64,000 bases of DNA, taken from the NCBI RefSeq assembly GCF_009914755.1, contig NC_060932.1. One strand, written 5' to 3'. The translations under genes were made by a program, and so were the position numbers. Below, piece by piece: positions 15,133 through 32,859 of the stretch (position 1 is the stretch's first letter; every line of letters begins with the position of its first letter). The notes under the pieces were generated by a model. It saw nothing but the letters and a program-made list of their open reading frames with translations, did not search any database and was not told where the DNA came from. The DNA is from the human T2T-CHM13v2.0 reference genome, Homo sapiens.

Positions 15133-15533
15133 GAAGAGGTAGGAGGATGTGTGAAACGAGCAGGAAAGTGCATGTTCTCCCTATAAACTGGTGATAGAGA
15201 TAGATGTGCTCGACTTTACACAAATGAGTGATTGGTGAGTAAACAGTACAGAAATTACAGGGGACTTTAAGAAACATTAACAATTTAAAAATACTGCTTG
15301 CATAGACAAATTAAAAACACAGGCAAGGCATAAACTGAAGTATATCAACCTGCACCCTGAGGATGCTACTAACATGATCATGAAACTGTTGGATATATTA
15401 ATGTGTTTGTCATATGATATTTTGTTTATATGTGTTTGTCTCTTCAAGATTGTGGATCTCCTTGAGGTAAAAGACTATATTATTTCTCTTTGCATTCCTA
15501 AAGGCTGATAATAAATGTTTTAATAATGAATGA

Positions 15534-21080
<5,547 letters not shown>

Positions 21081-21254
21081 AACTGGCTTCAATTCGATTT
21101 GTATTCTCAGTTTTCTGCCCAAACTACACAGATGGGTTTCAAATATAATGAGAAGGTTGTAGAAAATTCATGATAATGTTTTCTGTATTTTCTCTTCTAT
21201 CTAAGCTTTCGGGCTAGAAGGGGTATGTCATTCCTACCCACAAGGAATATGAAT

Positions 21255-21560
21255 ATGTATTCATTCACCTAACAATTATTTACTAAACAAGGTTCTACGT
21301 GTCAAACTTTGTTCTATGAGCTGGGAACACAGTCATGAACACAGCAGAAAATAAATCTTTCTTCTTGAGGAGCTTACATTCCAGTGGGGATACAGGTAAT
21401 TAAAAAAAATAATAATAAATACATAGTATGCCATATTGGGATAAGTTCTGTAGAGAACAATTAGGCTAGATAAGAAGAGGAAGAGAGGAAGAGAGTGTCT
21501 GGTATATGGTGAAGGCATTGGGAGTGGGTGGCTGGGGTAGGCATTAGCTGAAAAATTGAA
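21255..21560 (-). mobile_element. L2 fragment
   Basis: TTCATTCACCTAACAATTATTTACT...GCTGGGAACACAG...GGAGCTTACATTCCAGTGGGG. Confidence 0.8.
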
Positions 21561-21678
21561 ATTCATGGTGGTATTTTCTTGCTCTCCAATCTATTCCCAT
21601 CCTTGCCAATACAGCAGCTAAAATTAAGTGTTCTCTGCTTGGAACCGCCTCAGTTTTCATTTATCAACTTCTGCTTTG

Positions 21679-21833
21679 ATCCATCCAACACTCCATCCAT
21701 CCATCCATCCATTATCCATCCATTTAATTATTAGTCCATCCAATCCTCAGTCCATCCAAACTTCCATCCAACCATCCATCCAAACATCCATCCATCCATC
21801 TGTGCATCCAACCATCATCCATCCATCCATCCA
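21679..21833. repeat. Degenerate (CATC)n tetranucleotide repeat
   Basis: Many ATCC units. Confidence 0.9.
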
Positions 21834-21854
21834 ATCACATTTCATCCTCTTACT

Positions 21855-22000
21855 CATTCTTTTATTATTGAGATATAATTCATATAAAATAAAATTCCCT
21901 CTTTTAAAGTGTAAAATACAGTGGTTCACAAAGTTGAGCAACCATTACCACTATGTATTTTCAAAGCATTTTCATCACTCCAGAAAGAAACACCATACCA
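21855..22000 (-). mobile_element. L1MB/ME 3' end fragment
   Basis: TTATTGAGATATAATTCATAT...TTAAAGTGTAAAAT...CATTTTCATCACTCCAGAAAGAAAC. Confidence 0.8.
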
Positions 22001-22769
22001 ATTCACTATGCTCAACAGCCCTAGTATTTAAGTCCCTACTTAGGAGGCCAGAGAAAGAAAAGAAACTGGGACTAAGAATATGCAGGCAATTCAGCTCTCT
22101 ATCTGGCATTGAGAAAAGTAGGGCATTGGGTGGGATATCCTGAAACCAGGATCTGTTTGGATGTATTGGTTTCCTCTATGAAGACTGAGTTGCCTTCTTT
22201 TTGTTTTTTCATTGTCATGCTTCCTGGTGCAGCTGCCTTCATATGTGCCTGCCTCTCTACCCCAGTCAAGGCTGCGTGCCTCACCCAGTGGGGCTCTGCA
22301 CTGCTAAATGAGCTTGCAGGATTCCACTCAGCTGTCCCATTCTCACTGTGCCAATGTGGCCTGAGTCTCTCATGCATCTTTTGTTCTCTGACTGGCTCAC
22401 TTCCTCATCCTCAGCTCTGGGGAGCTTCCCACAATGGTGGGGAATGTTTTGAAGCTTGGAATAGAAAGGCAATATGCAGTCTTCCCTCGGCTGGCTGCAG
22501 GAAAGAGGCAGGTGGCAGAATGTGTGGGTGGCAAGCTCAGTGGGGACCAAGCTGGCAGGAGCAGACGTGACTGAGAGGACAAGGAGGAGCAACAGCAGAG
22601 ACAGTCTGTGACAGAGGACTTTGAATTTTCTGCCCACACTGTGCATCTCCATGTTTCCAGCCTTCACCTGCACAAACCCTGGATGCTGAGGCCAACACCC
22701 TGCTTGGGAATGAGGCTTCTCTGCGGGTTTGCATCTAGGCTATAGAATAAAATTATTGCGTGTAGTAAC

Positions 22770-23396
22770 AAGGCTGGAACTACAGTGAGGTAAATGAGAC
22801 ACTCACTTTGGGCACAAAGTTTAAGAGGGTACTTGTGCACAAATGCTCATAACAGCATTAGTCATAATAGCACCAAAGTGGACAAAACCCAAACATCCAT
22901 AAATGGATGAATGGATAAACAAAATGTGGTATGTCCATATGATGAATTCTTACTTGGCAATTAAAAAGAATAAAGTACTGATACATGCTACAATGTGGAT
23001 GAACTTTGAAAACATTATCGTAAGTGAAAGAGGTGGGACACAAATGGACAATTTCATCATATTGTACCATATGATATGATAGCATCTATGCAAATGTCCA
23101 TAATAGGCAAATCTACAGAGACCAAAAGTAGATTAGAGGTTACTTTATGACGCCACTAATTCAGGGGATGGAGGAGTGATACCCAAAGGGTATGGAGGTT
23201 CTTTTGGGGGTCATAAAATGTCTAAATTTGACTTTAGTTATGGTTACACAACTCTGTGAAGATAATTTTTAAAAACATTGAATTGTACACTTTAAATGGG
23301 TGAACTGTAAGGTATGTGAATTATATCTCAATAAAGATGTAAAAAACAAATGTAAAGATCTCAGCAATCAAGGTAAATAATATTTTAATGCAATAA
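22770..23396 (+). mobile_element. MER91-like hAT element split by an L1
   Basis: GGAACTACAGTGAGGTAAATGAGACACTCACTTTGGGCACAAAGTTTAAG on the left continues as CTCAGCAATCAAGGTAAATAATATTTTAATGCAATA on the right. Confidence 0.6.
22832..23348 (+). mobile_element. L1MB/ME 3' end
   Basis: GAATGGATAAACAAAATGTGGTAT...GTACACTTTAAATGGGTGAA...TTATATCTCAATAAAG. Confidence 0.88.
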
Positions 23397-23789
23397 CATC
23401 TCGATGAAGGTGTCAGGGAGGGCTTTAATAAGCAAGAAACCTCTGAGCTGAGCGGTTCAGAATGACAAGGTTAGGGAAAAGGCATCACAGTTAGTGGAAA
23501 TAGTTTGTATACAGGTAAAGAGGCAAGAAGGGGTAGGCCACAGTGAAGGGGTGGAATTTCTTACAGCAGTTTTTTTTTTTTTTTTTTACCATGATATACT
23601 CTTGAGGATGGAGACATGAGCTGAGGAGGGTGGGATCAAAAAACAGAAGGCACTTTGGGTCCCCTATGACACCATGACACTGTTACACCCGTCTTGGACA
23701 GACATAAGAGAAAAAGAAACATCTGTCTGCTTTGTTAGTTGGGTTTTCTGTTTTATATGTTGAAAACTAAGTCTAACTGAAACACCGCC

Positions 23790-24035
23790 ACTCACCATTT
23801 ACTGAGTTCTTACTATGTGACATTGATCGGCTAAATCCTTTAGATGAATTGACTCATCAATGAGTCTATGAGTGGGTACAGCCATTGTTCTCATTTCAGT
23901 CAAGGGACCTGAAGCTCTGAGGAATTGAGCAACGGTCCCAGATTCCATGGTTACTGGGAGGTAGATCTGGAATTTAATCTCCATCTATCTGACCCGAAAG
24001 CCAAAACTCCCACCACTGCTCTGTAACTGTCTCCC
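23790..24035 (-). mobile_element. MIR
   Basis: CATTTACTGAGTTCTTACTATGTG...ATCTGACCCGAAAGCC. Confidence 0.7.
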
Positions 24036-24894
24036 ACTGAGCGCAATTAAGCTGGCGTCACACACTCTTTCCTGTTGGCTGGTGCTGGCCTCACTGTAGT
24101 TTAGATGGTAACCTCGTGTCTGATTGCAGAAGACCACTCATCCTGGATGCTCCAGCTCTTACAGCTCTGTCCCTGGCAACTGCCTGGTAACCTATCCACT
24201 CCTAGGCAGTGATCTCAGACTCTATGTGCTTTCTTTGAGCCCCCTCTTAAGGGCTGACTTCCTGGAGCCTGAATCCCATCTCTGGGCCTGGGGCCCTGAT
24301 TCCCCTCGACAGGCTTATCTGATGCTGACGGCTCCACCCTACAGCCCCATTACTATCCAGTTCCCTGAAGTGTGGGCAAGCGCTGTCCCAAGGACACCAG
24401 TCCATCAGGCTACTGCTAAGGTTGCCTCCTGAGGCTGGGGCTGGATGAGCTGGTCCATTACTCAAAATGGCCAGAAGCAGATGAAGCCAGAGTCCACCTA
24501 AGCAGACTCTAAAATTTAAATACACCATAAGGAACAAAGAAAAACTTGTGGACCAAAGTCAAAAGAGATAAGTGACTGCAGAAACAAAGAATGATGGGGG
24601 AAGCAAAATCAAAAAGAAGTAAAACAACCCAGAACTTTTGCAGTGGGGATGTAGAGGCTCCTTCTTCATGAGTGGCTCAGGTTAGAACAGCAGCCTCAGT
24701 GCTTGGCCAGCCTGTGGGAACATCTATGACTTCATCTTGGGCTCCCAGTGTTGATCCTTCGCTCTGTCTCACTCCTTGGACACAGTGTATTCTTACTTGA
24801 CTGAAGATCTCCAGCTCTTCGGGTCACCCTGAGCCACCTCTTGTCTCACCCTGTGACCCCAGCCTCTTTACTCCACCCAGTTCTCCTTATGTAA

Positions 24895-25110
24895 CCTGAG
24901 AGCTTACTAGGTGTTAAGCACAAAGTCCAGCACCTTCATAGTAGCTAATGTAGCCCTCACTAGGATCCAACAGGGTAAATATAATCATCCCAGCCTTGGA
25001 CACTGAGGTACAGTCCAGTGACTTGCTCAAGTTGACCCAGCTAGCAAGTGGTGAAATTGGGATTCAAATTCAGGTTTGTCTGCCTCTAAAACCTGTGCTT
25101 TTGATCATTA
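24895..25110 (-). mobile_element. MIR
   Basis: GTGACTTGCTCAAGTTGACCCAGCTAGCAAGTGG...GGATTCAAATTCAGGTTTGTCTG. Confidence 0.7.
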
Positions 25111-25589
25111 GGGAGTACATGCTATTTCATTTTAGTCTTCAGATCTCCCCCAGGCCAGCCACTGCATGACACACTTAGTTCCTGCCCACAGCTACTTGGC
25201 CACAGGTTGTTCAAAGGTCTGGGCTGGAATGGCCCCAGGTAACTGTTCACTACTGAGCTGTGCAGAATAGAAGCACAGCCCCATTTCACCAGCCCCCAGC
25301 TATCAGGAGGGGCCACGTATTGGGGTCATCTCCCCAAACCCTCCTGGCCATTTCTGGTTGTGAAAATACCTGGAGCTCACTAAGGCTGTTGTGCAGTGAG
25401 TGTAGTGGGCAGGCATGAGATGGGCCTATTGGGAGAATCAACAGGAAGAAATGGAACTTTCAGACAGACAGTGGCCTCCAGGCAGGGGTTCCTCCTTGAA
25501 ATCCATATCAGAATCTTCTGTAGGACTTCATAAAACACGACATGTGCCAGGAGTCCCACCCTAGAAATTCAGATGCCATGCAGGTCTGG

Positions 25590-26090
25590 GCGAAGAGCAT
25601 TTAAGTGAAAGGACAGCAGATCCCATTTGTCTGGCTTTAAATCCGTGCTCTATCTCTGTCTAGTGGAACAGCCTTGGGTAAGTTATCTCACTTATCTGTG
25701 CTCAGGTTCTTCATCTATATTTCAGGATAATAACTTACAGGGTTTTTGTGAGGGTTAAAGAAACTTAGAAAATAACCTGACCCTAAGTAAGCATGTAAGG
25801 GGGTGAGTTGTTATAATCACTTACTAGCTCTAGCTGTAAAATTCTTCATAAGTTAGTTGAGAACTATGGCAAAAGGAAAAAGCAGGCATAGTAGAAAAAC
25901 CCAGGCTTGGGTTTAGACAGACCTGTGAGTTGTGTGACCTTGGGCAAGCCACTTAACCTCTCTGAGCCACAACTGTCCCACCTGTAAAATGGGAATAGCT
26001 AACATGTAGGGCTGCTAAAAGGACTGGTGGTAATAAAGGTACAGGTCCTGGCATAGCACACAGCACATAGTAGGTGCTCAACAAATCACA
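25590..26090 (+). mobile_element. Two tandem MIR fragments
   Basis: CCTTGGGTAAGTTATCTCAC and TGTGTGACCTTGGGCAAGCCACTTAACCTCTCTGAGCC...CTGTAAAATGGG. Confidence 0.75.
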
Positions 26091-27591
26091 GGTAATATTT
26101 TTAAGGCATTCTAGAATAGCAGCTTAGCTAATTTCAACTGGGCCTGGTGGTTTTAAAATTTGAGTAACCATTTATTCTCTTTGCCTAGATGAAATAGGTC
26201 CTCTGCATTTCCAAACAGGAAATTCATATTTGCTTGTAATGGCAAGGCCATCCACCAACAACCAGTATGCTTAGAACTTCAGGTGGGAAGTGTTAATGAT
26301 ACAACTTTAATTCCTTGGCAAAGAGTCTACCCATCACTTCCAGGTTTTCCCAGCACACTAAACCGCAAGGGAAGGAAAAACCACGGCATTATTCACAGAA
26401 CCCACTGCTTCTACAGGGTTTGTTTCCTGATGTTTCTAGCTGCTCCTCCTAAGCCCTAGACAATGTCTGGGACACAGAGACAGTTGCTATGGAGATGGGG
26501 GTTTTCCCACAGGGACAGCCAATAATAACCTCTTATTCAGAGAGGCTTATGTGTTACACATTCTGCATCAGTATGGCAGATTTTAGCAGTGAAACACGTA
26601 AATTGTTCAAATTGACGTCATAGCACATCAAGGCTGGCCCCTGTGTCTACCACTCATATAGAACTAAGCTCATCCAGCTTTAAATGGCCTTATGTGTCAA
26701 TCTGTCTTAAATACCCCATCCCTTTTTTCCTCCCTAGAACAAAGGGACGAATGAAACACCCATATACACACTTTTTGTCTGTGTGTTTTTCTCTCCATCT
26801 TCTGTCTTCATTTAAATGGTAAGCTCCTTGAACTTGGGGAATTCACTTTTCACTTCCCTCGCTTTCCTACAGTCCCCTGGTGGCAGGCAAGATAGAGCAG
26901 AGAGAGTTAGGCAGCCTCCTTCAGCTATCACATAGCAGCTGTGAACCACTGCCAGACAATTCATCTCTTAGAGCCATGGATTTCTCCTGTAAAAGGGGAG
27001 TTAAATGTAGTACTTCCCAAAGTGTAGTTAGGAATGAATGATACCATTTATGCAAAGTGCCTTTCAGTTAGTAAGACCTCATTCAATGCTGTCTCAAAAT
27101 CATTATTTACAGAGTCAAAGCATTTGTTGATTGACTTGATTGGTAGACAGATTTCTCAGGATATGTTATTTGCAGAGGCAGAACAAAAAATTATCAAACA
27201 ACGTAAATGATGGAAGACTAATAGTCTCTCGGCCACCTCAGGGGATTGAGGGAGATGTGGGTAGGGGACAAAACCCAGCATCTCTTCTAAGCTAGGAGCC
27301 AAGAGCACATCTTTTCTAGTAATATGTCACAAGTTACTCTGTAAACGAGATATTATAGTCTCTGTTTTGCAGACGGGAAAATGGGAAAAGGCTAGACAGC
27401 AAGCTCATCACAGCCTGTTTTTTATACTTTTTGGACACTCATACTGCTAATCCCAGCCTGCCTTGCATAGGTGTGGCCAAAGGGATGAGAGGGAATGTGC
27501 TCTGTTTGGATCCAGTGCATCAGACTTGCTACACACACCTCCCCACTCTTTCCCCTTCAGACAGAAATCAGAGGGTCCCAGAGGCCGAGAG

Positions 27592-27771
27592 TAGGGTTTC
27601 TCAAACCGGAGCTGCATCACGATCTCTGAAGGCCATGTGAAAGCCCAGATTTCTGGAACCCACTCCAGACTTTCTGATTCAGCAGGTCTGGAGTGAAGCT
27701 GAAGAATCTTCCTGTCTAGCAAGCTTCCCAGGTGATGGTGTTGGTCCAGGACCACAGTTGGAAAACTTCTG
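27592..27771. mobile_element. MER5A
   Basis: TTTCTCAAAC...TTTCTGATTCAGCAGGTCTGG...CCCAGGTGATG...GGACCACAGTTGGAAAAC. Confidence 0.8.
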
Positions 27772-28701
27772 TTCTAGGGCATGGCAGAGCCACAAGATGA
27801 ATACTGGGTCTCTGAATCACCATACGGTGTAAAGACTCCCACTGAGTTTCATATCTAAAAATTTTTCTTACATATCAGAAATTTCAAGATTTATTTATTA
27901 TAACTGCTAGCAGGACTCTAGAAAAGGAAGGCTAAAGAAAACATTTTCTCCATGTGAAAATGGGTGGCTTTATAGAAAAGGCTCTGAAGGGAAGGAAGGA
28001 ACCCTGGGTTTCATATCCAGACCTCATCACCTCAAATCCTTCAGTAAGCACCAATACAATTTCCATTGACTGCAGTCATAATACCAAGTGCCACCTTCAA
28101 ATTCCACTAAACATAAAAAAAGTGGCTATAATCCATTACTAGAAAAACTGGCGAAGAAAAAATTCCCCATTTAACCAAGGCCCCTAATTATGTTAAACCT
28201 TCAACACTCAAATTCAGGCATAATCCTTCCTCCTGATTCCCATTGCCATTATCTTGACTCTAGAGTAAACATTGTGACTGAAAGGTATTGCCCACGTCCT
28301 CTGTGCCAGGCACTATTTAAGGTCTTTGCACGTATCCTGGCACTTAATCCTAACATGTATTTCCTGGAGGTGTTGCAATGGTTTCTGCTGACGGCTTGCA
28401 GATTAATCTTCTCAAACCAACACTTTGAACAAGTCACTCTCATAATCAAAACCTCAGGGCCTCTTTATGGCCTACAGTGCAAAGTCTAAACTACTCAGCA
28501 TGATCTTAAATTCTCTCCAAAATCTCATACATAACTACTTATCAATTTTAAAACTCTTATTACAGTCTGCATCTGTGACTCCCAAATATTAACGTATATA
28601 TCAGAACTCCCTAGAAGGCTGCTGAAAGGCGGATTCCCAGGCACCACTCAAATCTCCTGAATGAAAATATTTGGTGATAGCCCAGGAATCTGCATTTTTA
28701 A

Positions 28702-30432
28702 TAGACTATATTCTAGAACATTTTAAGTTAACAAACAGCAAAAATAACCAGAAAATACAGAGATCTTCCATATATCCCTGTCCCCAAACATGCATAGCCT
28801 CCCCCATTCTCAATATCCTCAACTAGCATGGCACAATTGTTACAACTGATGAACCTACAGTGACACATCATTATCACTTAGAATCTATAGTTCACATTAG
28901 GGTTCACTCCTGCTGTTGTGCATTCCACGGGCTTTGGCAAATGCATAATGACATGGATCCACCATAACAGTACCATCCAGAGTAGATATATTGATCTAAA
29001 AATCCTATGTCCTCTGCCTATTCATCCCTCCATGCTCCCTCCCCACCAGCTACTGATGCTCTTTTTAGTGTCTCCATGTTCTATCTCTTCTAGAATGTCA
29101 TATAGTTGGAGTCATATAGTATGTAGCTTTTTCAGATTGGCTTCTTTCACTTAGTAATATGTATTTAAATTTCCCCCATGTCATTTAATGGTGTGATAGC
29201 TCTTTTTTGTTTGTTTGTTTGTTTGAGATGGAGTCTCACTCAGTTGGTCACCCAGCAGCGCGATCTTGGCTCACTGCAACCTCTGCCTCGTGGGTTCAAG
29301 AGATTCTCCTGCCTCAGCTTCCTGAGTAACTGGGAGCATGTGTCATCACACCTGGCTAAATTTTGTATTTTTAGTAGAGACGAGGTGTCACCATATTGAC
29401 CAGGCTGGTCTCAATCTCCTGATCTCAAGTAATCTGCCTGCCTCGGTCTCCCAAAGTGCTGGGATTACAGGCATGAGCCACCGCGCCGGCCAGCTCATTT
29501 CTTTCTAGTGCTAATTAGTAGTACATTGTCTGAATATGCCCACGTTTATTTATCCACTCATCTACTGAAGAACATCTTGGTTGCTTCCAATTTTTAACTA
29601 TTATAAATAAAGCTGCTATAAACATCCATGTGCAGGTTTTTGTGTGAACATCAGTATTCAGCTTCCTTGGGTAAATACCGAGGAGCACAATTGCTGGATC
29701 ATATGCTAAGAATATGTTTCGTTTTGTAAGAAACTGTCAAACTGTCTTCCACAGTGGCTGTACCATTTTGCATTCCCACCAGTGAGAAATGAGAGTTCCT
29801 GTTGCTCCACATCCATGGCCCATTTGATGTTGTCAGTGTTCTGGATTATGGCCATTCTAAGTGTGTAGTGGCATTTTATTTTTATTTTTATTTGGATTTC
29901 CCTGATGCAATGTATGCATATATTATCATGTGGAACATCTTTTCATATACTTATTTGACATCTGTATATCTTCTTTGGTGAGGTGTCTATTAAAGTGTTT
30001 GGTCCATTTTTTAAATGAGTTGTTTGTTTTCTTTGTATATTTGGACAACAGCTTTTTATCTAATATGTCTTTTGCAAATCAGACAGTCTGTGCTTGTCTT
30101 TTCATTCTCTTGACAGTGTCTTTCTCAGAGAAGAAATGTTTCATTTTAATGAAGTCCAGCTTATCAATTCTTTTTCATGGGTAATGCCTTTGGTGTTGCA
30201 TTAAAAAATCATTACCATACCCAAAGTCATCTAGATTTTCTCCTATGTTTCCTCCTATAGTTTTGTGTTTCACATTTAGGTCTGTGATCCATTTTTAGTT
30301 AACTTTTGTGAAGAGCATAGAGTCTGTGTCTAGATTCTACTTATTTATTTATTTTTTTGCATCTGGATCTCTGGTTGTTTCAGCACCATTTGTTGAAAAG
30401 ACTATCTTTTCTCCATTGTATTGCCTTTTCTA
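28702..30432 (-). mobile_element. L1MC (L1MC1/2-like) 3' portion with 16-bp TSD
   Basis: L1MC 3'UTR motifs (TTGTTACAACTGATGAACCTAC, CATTAGGGTTCACTC) followed by antisense ORF2 end; TSD GAATCTGCATTTTTAA. Confidence 0.9.
29203..29491 (-). mobile_element. AluS with small internal deletions, inside the L1MC
   Basis: (TTTG)n tail and antisense Alu body; TSD core AGCTC. Confidence 0.92.
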
Positions 30433-31479
30433 GAATCTGCATTTTTAACCAGCTCTCTCAGTGATTTTGGTGTATTTAGTCTAAAGATCCACACATTGAA
30501 AGACATGTTTTTTTACATATCAAGTTGTTGTCACTCATGAGCATTGAAACAACCGAGCCCCCTATTGCCAATTAGACTTCATATCAGAGAGAAATTACCG
30601 TGTGGTTTAAACCACTGCTGTGACAGCTAGCATTGTCTTAACTAAGGAACAAATCTTGTCTTCCCCACTAGACTGTGGGCCTCTAAAGACAAGGGCCCAG
30701 TCTCAGTAGCCCTTATATATTTCTCACCTCCTCCTGACCTACCCTCTTTCTATGACAACCAGACTTTGTTCAAGAGCTGGTAGAGGGCAGGGGCTCATAA
30801 ATATTTGTTGAAATAAAATTTCTGTCTTTTTGCATTCAGCCAACAGCCAGATGGGTGGGGGTAGGGCAAAAGGATGCAGATCCCAATCCAGACATATCTA
30901 TATTACTAGAAAATTTACATTTTGATCACCAGCTCCAAAGTGATTAATTGTTGAGTAGTTTTCAAGTGGCCCATTTTCTGTGGGAACGGCTTTCTCTAAC
31001 CTTCCCGCTTTCTTATTAAACACCTGCAGCTTCCCTAGGATTTCTAAGCTTTATGATTTTCCTGAAAAAAAAAAAAATTAAGCAGACTTTATTATTCAGC
31101 TTTGCCAAAGTAATCAAAGAAAAGTTTAACTTGATGCTGCGATTAAAGCTTTGGCAATGGGCGTTGACATCGCCAGATTGAAACTAGTGGTGGGGAAAAG
31201 GCTGTTTTTCTAAAAATACCAAATTAAGAATTCTCCAGTTTCCAACTACATGCAAGAGAATCTCCATACGCAGGAAGTCCTAGTCACAGGCATTTTATTG
31301 CAGAAATGGGTACTTTTTGTTTTCCTAACATGCTCATCTAAGGCTGTCCTTCTAAGAACTGTGTGTAACAGAAGGCAAAACTTGCACCACCTCCCTCCTT
31401 TTATCTCTTACTCTGGACAGGACTTTGATCCTCTTTGCGCCTCAGTACCTTCATATGTAAAATAAGGAGTCTGGATTCG

Positions 31480-31730
31480 AAAATCTGGTGTGCTTCTTGC
31501 TTTTATAAATAAAGTTTTATTGGAAGACATACCCATTCCTTTAAGTATTATCTATGGCTACTTTTTTTGTTCTCTACCAAGTCAGAGCTGAGCAGCAGCA
31601 AGAGAGGCCCAGCAAGTCTGAAATATCTACTATATGTATTTTTACAGAAATATTTGCCAGAATGGTTTTGTTACAGAATATTTTTATAGAATATTTCTTT
31701 ACAGAAACAATTTGCCAACCCTTAGACTGC
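31480..31730. mobile_element. MER58A-like hAT element
   Basis: TAAATAAAGTTTTATTGGAA...CTGAAATATCTACTAT...TTTACAGAAA...TTTGCCAACCC. Confidence 0.75.
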
Positions 31731-32859
31731 ACCGTTTTGATTGTAAAAATTTAAAAGAAAGTTCACTCATTCATTTATTCATTTATACTGAATTTGTGTA
31801 TTTGGGATGGGGCCCAGGGATGTTTACTTTAACAAGTTCCACAGGAGATTTGTCTGCAGTCTGCACATTAAAATTTGGGAAGTGCCAATCCAGTCAATTG
31901 TGTTACAGCAATTCATGAGCCTCTTAGTGACTAAGAAAAGACAAGGAGGAGTGATGTGGCTCCACATTCCAGCAAGCATGTATTGTGCCCTGATGATGTG
32001 GAAGGCTAACTCTTCTAGGCACTGCAGATACAGAAAAGACAACCTGGACAACCCCACTGCTGTCATGGAGCTCATGTTATTTCCATGAACCCCTTGGGAG
32101 TCTGGGCATCGCAAGGCCTCAAGCAAGAGCCATTGCTCCAGGACTTGGGCCAGTGCCTGCCACAGGGTGGTCAAGGGCAAAGGGCAAGGGCTTTGTCACT
32201 TACATTATCTAACCACAGCCTGAAACCCACATCATTGTAAAGTGGCTGACCAGAGGGCTAAATGGCCATGGGCCAAAATGAAAGCTGCCATATATTACAT
32301 TGGTCAGTGCCAAGAAAAAGACGGGCTTCTTCTATGAACTGCTTTGTCATATTTTATTTATTTATTTAATTTTCAAAAACACCTCTTGAACTCTGCAACC
32401 CAGCTTGTTTCCATAGTAGCCTTGGCTGCCATGCATTTCACTTGTAGTAACTTCCCTTAACCTACACGGACCACTGAGACCTCCCTGCCCTTCACCCTTC
32501 CTTTTATTATTGTACTAATTAATGTTGTTGTTTTACCAGTTTGTGGCCTTATCAAATCTATTTGGGAAAGTAAAACTTGAAAAGGAATATAATAAATGTA
32601 CTGTAGTGATGACAGTGAAAGTATTCTGTAAATATTAACACTTCCACCATCTCTCCACCCTCCATAGCTCTCCACCCCCGGGAAGCTGATTGCCTTTCCT
32701 TTTCTGGATGTGGAAAGAAGGCTGAGTGATTCACTGCACCGTAGTGAGTCAAAGATGAAAACATGCAAATCCGGCCCTGTGACGTCTGCTGTCAGCAGGC
32801 TTGAGATTGGAATGGGCATGGTCTTTGTTATCATCTTAACCTGGCTGATCCTTTTGTGT

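Larger units (their letters stand above)
28575..30510. mobile_element. MER5-family element split by L1MC
   Basis: ATCAGAACTCCCTAGAAGGCTGC...CCCAGGAATCTGCATTTTTAA resumes after the L1 as GAATCTGCATTTTTAACCAGCTC...GTGATT. Confidence 0.65.

Noticed and set aside
21628-22143. 171-aa ORF
   Set aside because: Built from the (CATC)n repeat and an antisense L1 3' end; non-ATG start.
22109-22673. Overlapping 153-aa (+) and 130-aa (-) ORFs
   Set aside because: No recognisable domain or exon structure; lengths are within chance expectation for six frames of 64 kb.
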